64,000 nucleotides of DNA, taken from positions 5,456,001 through 5,520,000 of the forward strand of contig NC_073406.1 in the NCBI RefSeq assembly GCF_028641065.1. Reading direction: 5' to 3'. Source of the DNA: Leucoraja erinacea (taxonomy: Eukaryota). The position numbers and the translations under genes are program-made. The notes under the pieces are model-generated. The model was given only the letters and a program-made list of their open reading frames with translations. It was not told where the DNA came from and did not search any database. Of the stretch, positions 27,068 through 49,918 are shown piece by piece (within the stretch, counting starts at the first letter, position 1; the number at the start of each line of letters is the position of its first letter).

Positions 27068-28263
27068 AGGGGATAGAATCTTGACAGGAGGTAGGGTGGG
27101 AAGAAGTGTAGTCAAGATACCTATGGGAGTCAGTAGGTTTGTAGTTGATGTCGGTCAATAGTCTGCTACCTGCTTAGGAGACGGTGAGATCTAGAAACGG
27201 TAGGGAGATGTCGGAAATGGTCCAGGTGAATTTGAGTGCCGGGTGGAAATTAGTGGCAAAGTGGATGATCAGTCAGATTATGGGTCTCGACCCGAAATGT
27301 CACCCATTCCTTCACTCCATAGATGCTGCCTCACCCGCTGAGTTTTCCAGCTTTTTGTGTACCTTTGATTTTTCCAGCATCTGCAGTTCTTTCGTAAACA
27401 AGTGGATGAAGTCAGTGAGTTCTGCATGGGTGCAGAGGTAGCACCAATGCAGTCGTCAATGGAGCGGAGGTAGAGTTTGGGGATAGGGCCAGTGTATGCC
27501 TGGAACAAGGATTGTTCGACGTACCCTACAAAGAGGCAGGCGTAGCTGGGCCCATGCGAGTGCCCATAGCTACGCCTTGGATTTGGAGGAAATGGGAAGA
27601 ATCAAAGAAGAAGTTGTTATGGGTAAGGACCTGCTCTGCTAGGTGGAGGATAGTATTGGTAGATGGAAATTGGCTGGTTCTGGGGTTGAGGACTTTATAA
27701 CAAAGGGCTTTAAGACCCGTCTGGTGGGGGATGGAGGTGTAGAGCGACTGGACATCCATAGTGAAGATGAGGGAGTGGGGGCCTGGAAAACAGAAGTCAT
27801 TGAGGAAACAAGGAGCGTGTGAGGTGTCTTGGACATAGGTGGGGTGGGGGGAGGGGGAATAGGTTGGAGTCGAGGTATGTGGAAATTAGTTTGGTGGGAC
27901 ATGAACAAGCAGTAACAACGGATCTGCCCGGACAGTTCTATTTGTGGATTTTGTGGAGAAAATAAAATCGAGCCATGCGGGGCTGGGGAACAATGAGATT
28001 GGAGGCTTTACCTGAGGCCAACCCCAGGGAGCCGGAAGTGATGAAATCAGTGATGGTGCTTGAGATTAAGGCCTGGTTCTTGTCTGTGGGGACAAGGTCC
28101 AAGGATAAGTAGAAGGAAATGTGTGAGAGTTGCATGGTCTCAGTCAGGAGGTCAGCGCTCCTCTTAGAGGTCAGAGTCCTCAGGCCTCAGTTCGGTAGAG
28201 GCCAGTTACTCCTGTAACTGTCAGCATTTAGATTGGAAGATTCAGCCCAATTTTTAGTCTGAT

Positions 28264-34896
<6,633 letters not shown>

Positions 34897-35125
34897 GAGG
34901 CGGTGAAGGAGCTCCGGCCGACGAGCAGCCCTGCTGTGTGACAGAGCGGCCGTCAACAAGGTGGAATGGGCGGGAACCGTCCCCCTGCCCGAGGGCGCTT
35001 GTCAATGCCGCGCCCATCGACATCCACAGGCCAAAGATTATAGCTCCTCTGGGATCTTTGATCCAGGCTGCTCAGTGCTGGAGTAACTCAGCGGGACAGG
35101 CAGCATCTCTGGAGAGAAGGAACGG

Positions 35126-35155
35126 GTGATGTTTCGGGTCGAGACCCTTCTTCAG
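35126..35155 (-). ncRNA. Minimal hammerhead ribozyme core in Penelope pseudo-LTR
   Basis: The minus strand reads CUGAAGA-A-GGGUC(UC)GACCC-GAAA-CAUCAC. Confidence 0.5.
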
Positions 35156-35926
35156 TGCACCAACACTAGGCTGCCAGTAAAACAAAAGGGTGACCATTCC
35201 CAGAATTGAAAAAAAAATAGGATGAGGACTGCATGGAGATGCTCGAATCTTGAGCAAAATACGAAGTGCTGGAGGAACTCAGTGGGCCAGGCAGCATCTG
35301 TGGAGCGAATAGACAGTCAACGTTTCGTGCAGGAGACACAAGGAAATGCAGATGCTGGTTTACAAAAAAAGATACCAAGCGCCAGAATAACTTACCAGAC
35401 CAGGCAGCATCTCTGGAGAACATGGATCGGTGACATTTCCGGGTCTCGACCCGGAATATCACCCATCCATGTCCACCATAGATATTACCCGACTCTCAGT
35501 TACTACAGCACTTGGTCTTGTTTTGTATCAGGATGCTTTTTCAGACTGAAAAGTCAGCTGAACGTTCTCTCGCCTACTGGTTAGTACTTCTGTTTCAAAT
35601 TTTGGCTTTTAATTTGTGGAATTACCACACCAGAAGGCTGAAAACCATGAATGAGGTGAACCCGAGGGATTTTTAATTTAGTTTTTAGTTTAATTGAGGG
35701 TGGGGTCTTTCACAAATCTTTCAACAATAATCTAATTCGGCTATAGTATTCACCAAAACACCAACACTTCTGCACCTACCCATTAAGATAACACACCAAT
35801 ATGTAGAAAAAATTGTCTACCAAGTACGGCGCATTTCTGAATGTTGCGCATCCAAACATTAAATAATACTGAAATTAGGAAGTTTTCAAGACTTGTACTA
35901 TTTCAAATAGTATTTGGTTGTCTTCG

Positions 35927-36029
35927 AAAGTGACAATGAACTGTCTGTGGAACCATGATTGGTGAATTTGAACAACTTGCTGTGACTGATGATGGAAAAA
36001 GCAAAGAAGTGGCAGAGATGGATTACTAG
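35927..36029 (+). pseudogene. Duplicated remnant of MRTO4 last exon, splice acceptor deleted
   Basis: Paralogous to 23754-23858. Compare ggttgtcttc|gaaagtgaca here with ggttgtcttctagaaactcc...ttcaaagtgaca in the intact gene. About 32 bp including the AG are missing. Confidence 0.88.
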
Positions 36030-38184
36030 CAGGGAATTCAAGAGTTGCGTCCTATACGTGACCTGTTAAATTCTGTACATGAGAGTAGAATTTGTGGAAA
36101 CCAACTTCAGTGCAAATTTTCTGATAAAAATGTTGAAACATAACACATTTGGTTGAATCTCACCAAGTGAAGCAATAATGGTGAATTGACTTTTGTACTG
36201 GCATCTGGGTAATTTAACAATGGAACACATCAATGATTATAGAAAGATTATAGAAAGATAATCTCTTCAATGCATTTGAGGACTTTGCACCCAATGGATG
36301 CTTCTGAAATGTAATCACAGTTGAAAGCAGCAACTAACGTGGAGAACAATACAATATGGTCAGAAAGTCAAGTCAAGAGAGTTTATTGTCAGTTTAAAGC
36401 AAAATGTGGAGACTTGTCCTTGAGCGATCTTTCAATGTCATTGCAGCAATGAATCAGATAGGACCTCCAAAAGGTACATGTTCCAACTATAACGATTAAG
36501 TTCCATTTTGCAACCAAATGCCAGTCACAGTTGTGCTCCAATCCTGAATGTGTGCTATATATGAATGAGTCACAACGGCCTTATTATAAATCAATTTTTA
36601 CTATGCGTATGACCAGTCACTATCATTAGAAGTTTCTACCTGCAAATGCCAGGTAGCAATTGTACACTTTACTCCACAACTGAAGGGGTTATAGTGATAC
36701 TGTACAGTCACGAATATTAGGTGCACAGTTGACCTGTGTAAGGATTCACAGTGGTAGTGGTAAACGTGCCACCTCACAGAGTCAGTGTTCAGAGTTCAAT
36801 CCTGACCTTGTGTTGTCTCTACAGAGTTTGTACGTTCTCCCTTTGACAGTGCCTGTTTTCTCCAGGTGCCCCGGTTTACTCCCACACTCCAAAGACTTGC
36901 AAGTTTGTAGGTTAATTGGCTTCTGTAAATTATCTCTAGTGTGTACGATAGAACTAATGTACGGGTGATCGTTGGTTGGCGTGAGTGTTTCCACGCTATA
37001 TCTGTGAAGACTAAATCTCATAGGGGTGAACTATAGATTTGAACAAACTAAAATAATATCACCAATTTCTGTGCATTTATCCAGTTTGATTAAATCTTCT
37101 TGGTAGGAATGAGAAAACAGTGATATCAAATGCACAAAGTGAATCAATTGTTTTTATTCAAGCAAACAAAGCAAATATAATGTGTTGCCAACTATTTTGA
37201 TTCTACATGTATTAAATGTTCTATTCAGGGGTACACCATCAGCTATATGCTGTAGTAATTAAGTTGTTTCACTCGTGTTACTAGAATTTTTGTCCCAGGC
37301 TGGGATTCTACGTAATTTTAGATTACAGATCCCAGCCAGCCAATCCTTATTCTGTCATTTTTCAAAGCAGCTCAGCAACATCCAAGGGTCAAGACACTTG
37401 AACACAACCCACTGCTATCAGGCTCCTTAAACTACACTCAGCTCATGGAATGTATTCCCTTTACCATGTTATACTTGACTTTTTTAATTCCTATTTCAAT
37501 TAGTGGTCCATGTTAACTGACATGGCATCCACCTGCCATGTCTCAACATTCGCTCAGTCAACTGAGCCCTTGGCTGGAGGTGGAGTATGTGACCTGACCC
37601 ACCTCAGCTTGATTGATGGTGTATTTTCCTCTGGCAATGATTCTCAACTATCCCCATTTGGTGGCAAGAGTTCAGACCAAGGCAAAAACTATTGGTGAGA
37701 AAATTACAATTTCCAAGCTGTCAGCTGGGAACTGAAATGTCACTAAAAATATTAAGGTCACTGTCTTTATTTAAATTGCTTGCCTCAGAATTTTGGTAAA
37801 CTACGATATGAGCATATAAAGTTCACAATATCTCTTCCCACTCTCCACCCCAATCCACGTTGATCTTGATTGAACCAGAGACCCCATTGGTTTCCTGTGT
37901 CTCCCTCAACCAGAGGCATCTTGTTACTTGGGAGTTGCAGTGTGCTGACAAGGCTTGGCTGGGCTGGGCTGGGCTGTATTACTGATCATCAGAATCGCCT
38001 GGCAATGCAAAGGCTGGGCAGCTCCATCTCCCAGGACTAAGGGGAGTCATCAGTGAGTGGAAGGTGGCTGGTAAATGACAGGCCACGCCACTGATCCAGC
38101 CACCTTCCAAATGAAAACAATTGTAAGTACTCCTGTAACTGTCAGCATTTAGATTGGAAGATTAAGCCCAATTTTTCGACTGAT

Positions 38185-44359
<6,175 letters not shown>

Positions 44360-44969
44360 GGTGGAATGGGCGGGAACCGTCCCCCCGCGCTGACATTTAT
44401 CCAACCCCCGCTCTCGACGCAGTTGTCATCAAAGATCATAATCATAGAGCTCTATGATCTTTGCTTGTCATTGCCTCGTTCCTCTTACAGACATCCAGGC
44501 TGCCCAGTGCAAGCAATTCCTGCAATGTTTTTTTCAATGACATACACAAAATGCTGGAGTAACTCAGCGGGACAGGCAGCATCTCTGGAGAGAAGGAATG
44601 GGTGACGTTTCAGGTGGACACCCTTCTTCAGTGCACCTGCACCTGCAATACTAGGCTGTCACTGTCAGTAAGACAAAAGGGTGAACATTCCCAGAACAAA
44701 AACAATTGGATCGGGACCGCAGATGCTCGAATCTTGAGCAAAATACAAAGTGCTGGAGGAACTAAGTGGGTCAGGCAGCATCTGTGGAGTGAATGGATAG
44801 TCAACGATTCGTGCAGGAGACACAAGGAACTGCAGATGCTGGCTTACAGAAAAAGATACAAGCGCCAGAATAACTCACCAGACCAGGCAGCACCTCTGGA
44901 GAACATGGATTGGTGACATTTCCAGGTCCCGACCCAGAATATCTGAAGAAGGGTTTCAGCCCAGAATGT

Positions 44970-44998
44970 CTGAAGAAGGGTTTCGGCCCGAAACGTTG
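44970..44998 (+). ncRNA. Minimal hammerhead ribozyme core in Penelope pseudo-LTR
   Basis: CUGAAGA-A-GGGU(UUCG)GCCC-GAAA-CGUU: both conserved hammerhead boxes, stem II with a UUCG loop, and a palindromic ACGU stem III. Confidence 0.6.
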
Positions 44999-45479
44999 CC
45001 TATTTCCTTCGCTCCATGGATGCTGCTGCACCCGCTGAGTTTCTCCAGCTTTTTTGTGTACCTCAGAATATCACCTATCCATGTTCACCATAGATGCTGT
45101 GAATGCTGCCTGACTCTCAGTTACTGCAGCACTTTGTGTCTTAGACAATGGACAACAGGTGCAGGAGTAGGCCATTCGGCACTTGGAGCCAGCATCGCCG
45201 AGAGTACCCATAGTCAGGATCGAACCTGGGTCTCTGACCCTGTAAGGCAGCAACCGCTGAACCACCCCCTGCTTTTTCATCCTGAAAATTCAGCTGAACA
45301 TTCACCCCACAAATACCGTCTATGAGTTCTTCCAGCACTTTATATTTTTCTTAAAAATTATTTCATGGGGTTCATGTCACCGTGCATTCGAAATTCAATC
45401 AAAACACAGTGCTGGAGGAGCTCAGTGGGTCAGGTCAGCAATTAAAATAATTATTTCACAAAGAAGGGCAAAGAGCAAA

Positions 45480-46620
45480 TTAAAATGTAATCTACAAATT
45501 TGGGAATGCTAACTTCAATGGACTGGGCAAGGGTAAAGTCGAAATAAGATTACTGTTTCACTAGCAAATGGAACAATTTGAATTTTTTTAAAGATACATT
45601 AATCTAACATCGACAAAAAAAGGTTGAACCAAAGCCAGAAATGCCTGGTTAATGAAGGATAAACACAAACTGATGGAACAAATACAAGACTTATATGCTG
45701 CATGTCACCTGAACAATAAAATGAATATAGGAAAATGTGTGGGGTAGGTAAAGAGGAAAACAAGACAAATTAGATTAGAATGACTGTTAAAGGAAACCAT
45801 AAACTATCACCGGGTTAACACAGGGGTATAGTGGATTAAGGACCAAGCTGACAACAGGATAGAGATCAAAGTTAGAATATTGTAGGAAGGAGCTGCAGAT
45901 GCTGATTTAAACCGAAGATAGACACAAAAAGCTGGAGTAACTCAGCGGGTCAGACAACATCTCTGAAGAAAAGATTAGATGCGTTTTTCAGACCCTCCTT
46001 CAGACTGAGTGTCAGGGAAAGGAAAACAAGAGATATAGACGGTGATATAAAAAGACATCAGTCTTTAGCAAGGAAAATAAATTTTTATAAGGAAAATAAA
46101 CACTGCCAATACCTCAGTCCAAACGAAAGTGGTCGACTTGTCATAATCGTCTAATTAATCCAAGATACAAAGATTTTGCTAGAGAACTGGTGAGTGTCAA
46201 ATATGTCACTCTTGTTCAAAGACAGTACATGGCAACCACAGACCAGTTGATTGAAATGGTGAGGAGGCTTCTAAATAAAATTAGGGGGGAAAATGCAGCT
46301 TTGGAGAGACTTGTGTTAATAGAAGACAGTCAGGACCGAAGGATTAATGTCAAACATGACTGATTGGTTTGATAATTATTAGAGTTTATGAAAGGAAATG
46401 CAGAAGATGTCACCAGATGCATTTTGGGAGATATTTGACAAAAGACTCAAACAAAAGGCTAATTATTAATAGAACTAAAATTCATAGTTTAAAGGATATG
46501 AATGAAAATTGACTCAGACAGAAAGCAGCGAGTTGAGCTAAACTGTTGCAACTCAGGGCCAATTAAGTTAAATAATGGTATTCCTTAGTGATCAGTATTT
46601 TGACCTTCAAAACATTTAAC
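45480..46620 (+). mobile_element. Old degraded CR1-type LINE fragment
   Basis: Degenerate RT-region remnants (gtcactcttgttcaaag, cagtcagga, gcattttgggagatatttgaca, ggtattccttagtgatcagtattttgacc). Confidence 0.5.
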
Positions 46621-47310
46621 AAGATGTATGCAAGATTAAGGATTTGTCACGTTTTGATTGGCAAATTAAAAAACTCCCTTTAACTACTTTATTTCTTTCA
46701 CAATTTTTATTTTATTTTAAAGTGTGTTAAAAAAGTCTCTAAAATTCTATAAAACATTTCCCCACACAGTGTATTCCAACTATGATTGGCAAATGGAACA
46801 ACTGTTGTTCTTTGTTCCCTAGAACCAGTCTGTTCCCTCTCCTTAAAGCACACAAACAGGCTTGATTATTTCTTCAAAATAAGCTGACAGATATCTCCTG
46901 GAGCAACTCCACAGCTTTTAAATTGTAACTTGCACATATTTCACATTAGTGCACAGTACATTCCTGGACAGTGTACCAAGCAAACCTTTAAAAGTAACTA
47001 GACCAAGGGGAACCCGTTAGGTCCCGTCCCCTCAACGCGCCTTGGCGCGGGCACGGCGTCACACACACTAACCACCCCCCACACACACACACTAACCACC
47101 ACCCCCACCCCCCCCCCCACACGCACACAAACACAGACACTAACCACCCCCCTTGATATATTAACATTATTCATTCGCTCCTTTTACCCCATCCCCGCCC
47201 CATCCACTCACGCATAGCCCCCAACTCGCAAGTGTGTCTGGAGAGGGAGTGGGGGTAGAGGGAGAGGGAGAGCAGAGAGAGCAGAGAGAGCAGAGAAGGA
47301 GACCGAGACC

Positions 47311-47397
47311 GACAGAGGCAGACAGGGGCAGACAGAGGCAGACAGAGGCAGACAGAGGCAGACAGAGGCAGACAGGGGCAGACAGGGGCAGACACAG
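47311..47397. repeat. (GACAGAGGCA)n decamer repeat
   Basis: About 8 tandem gacag(a/g)ggca units. Confidence 0.9.
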
Positions 47398-47670
47398 ATT
47401 TTAACCCTGGCTCAAATACAACCATCAATGTGCAACAATTTCTCCTCATCCTTAATGTAGACAGCACAGTTCATGGTCAAACAACAAGCTATTATTACAA
47501 CAAAATAATGTTAAAACTCAACCACAGATTCCAATTCATGACATGGTTCCACATAATGCTTCACATTTCATACATTTTCAAAGTTCTTTCCTGTGCGACA
47601 AAACAGTTCATTGATGAAGCACATCCAGTGCCTTTGGATGTCTATTCAACTTGGTCTTATAAGCATTTAG

Positions 47671-49878
47671 TCAGGATATTTTCTGAGCTCTTTCTTCAAC
47701 ATACAATTGCATCTGTAAGGCAAACAAAAGCACAAATCAGGTGCATGTACCATTGTGAAGATTTAGTATAATGATATAACATTGAAACAGGCCCTTTGGT
47801 GCACTTAGTCTGTGCCGACCAGCGATCCCCTGTACAGTAGTTCTATCCTACACAATAGGGGCAATTTACAGAAACCAATGAGCCAACAAACCTGCACCTA
47901 TTTGGAATGTGGGAGAAGCCGGAGCACAAGGAAAAAACCCACGCGGTCACAGGGAGAACGTCAAAACTCTCTGGCGCTGTGAGGCCACAACTCCACCACT
48001 GCGCAAATGTGCCGCTTGGTTGTACAGTGTCTTGTAGAAATGCAGACTAAAACAGTGATTAATATTTCAGGTGTTACATAATTTTATTTTTAAAAAGACA
48101 TGAGGCTGCAGTAGGTTAATTCTACAGCCTTGCAAAAGTCAATTAGATCAGAAAGTTAATAAAACAAAATAAATAACCTAATTGTGACATTTTCCAGATT
48201 TGGAATCCATTTTCCACTTGCGACTACAATTGCCAAAAAATGACTACTTTACCATAAAAATTGTTCTATTAACATGTGAAAAATGTACAGTCCTTAAAAT
48301 GCACAAAAGTTACTGTCAAATCAACTACAAGTGCAACACAAGATACATCTTTAAAAATAGAAGTGTTACCTTCAAGATATCTGATGTCATGGTTTTCAGC
48401 GGGATTAGCCTTGGCTCCCGCATATTCACTTCTTGTTCATCTGCATGAATCCAAGGGAAGTCCTGCGCAAGAATTAAACTCATCAATAAGAAGCAAGTGG
48501 CAGAAAGACACCACTCTTACTTCCCACATATTGTTCTCTTGCTGTCTATTTTCAAATTGGCCCAAGGAGGTCAGCCACCTTTAATTGTCTACTACAGGGT
48601 AGACAAAAATGCTGGAGACCACACCTGGAGTATTGCGTGCAGTTTTGGTCTCCAAATCTGAGGAAGGACATTATTGCCATAGAGGGAGTGCAGAGAAGGT
48701 TCACCAGACTGATTCCTGGGATGTCAGGACTGTCTTATGAAGAAAGACTGGATAGACTTGGTTTATACTCTCTAGAATCTAGGAGATTGAGAGGGGATCT
48801 TATAGAAACCAAAATGTAGATGCAGGAAGATTGTTCCCGAGGGGGAAGTAGACAAGGGGTCACAGCTTAAGGATGGAGGAGATGAGGAGAACTTTTTTCA
48901 CACAGAGAGTGGTGATCTGGAACTCTCTGCCACAGGAATCAACAAATGATTTATCTCTGTCTGTCAGAGTCAATGCTCGAAGGGGATCAGAGGGTGTCAA
49001 GGTATACTGAGTATCAGCCATGATCACCCAGGCTAAAGGGCCACCTGGCCTACTCCTGCACCTACTATGTTTCTGATCAGAAAGTGATTGATCTGGAATC
49101 AACAAATGGTTTACTCATCAATGCTTTAATTTTTATTGCCCCCTACACCTTCCAACGTGCTTAATGTTGACCAAAACTCATCATTTAATTTTTTTGCCGT
49201 TCTTTTTACCAAAAATATTTTTAGGTGGTGAACAATACACTGTACAAACATTTTTGAAAGAGAAGAGCATTCATTACTGAGGAAAGGAGATTCATCGATA
49301 AATCTAAGCAGAGAGGTTAAGGTTTGAATTCTAGAGTGTCAGTGACAAATGGATATTTGGAAAATCTCGCTCTTACTGGGTACGCATGCAACATCAAAAA
49401 CACACAGATATCAACATAGTGCATATTCAAGACCAAAGCCATTGTAAAAATGCACCTAAAGAGATTGCTCACCTTTATCACCTGAATCTTCTCCATGTTT
49501 CGAGTGGCAACATCTCTAGTGTGAACCAACACGGTGAAGGTACAGCCTAGAAATAAACAGCAGACATAGGAAGCACTGCTACAATCTAGAAACAGACGTG
49601 CTCTCTCAATTGCATGACTTGCTAATCCTGGCATCGAACAAGTGGACTGAGAATACCCCTGGCCTTTGTTAAATCACCTGAATTTCTGGGGTAGCAGTCA
49701 TGGCGACAATAAAAATAAAAGCTAATAAATTAAAATCAATATGTATGTCCCCTCCTGCTTGCTTTTATTTATTTCAGACATCTAGAATTTGCATATTTAA
49801 ATCCCCCCCCCTCCCCCCATCATCATGACTGGATTGTGCCTCTGAACTCCATCCAGTGTCCTCTAGGGTGGAGTGGTG

Positions 49879-49918
<40 letters not shown>

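Larger units (their letters stand above)
25839..28206 (-). mobile_element. Composite Penelope-like element insertion with 10-bp target site duplication
   Basis: TACTCCTGTA at 25829-25838 and 28207-28216. The paralogous empty site has one copy (~38128). Contains a pseudo-LTR (25839-25965) and Penelope RT remnants on the minus strand (DVQSLYTSIPH, GVAMGTRMGP, YLRSIDD; ~27068-28140). Confidence 0.85.
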
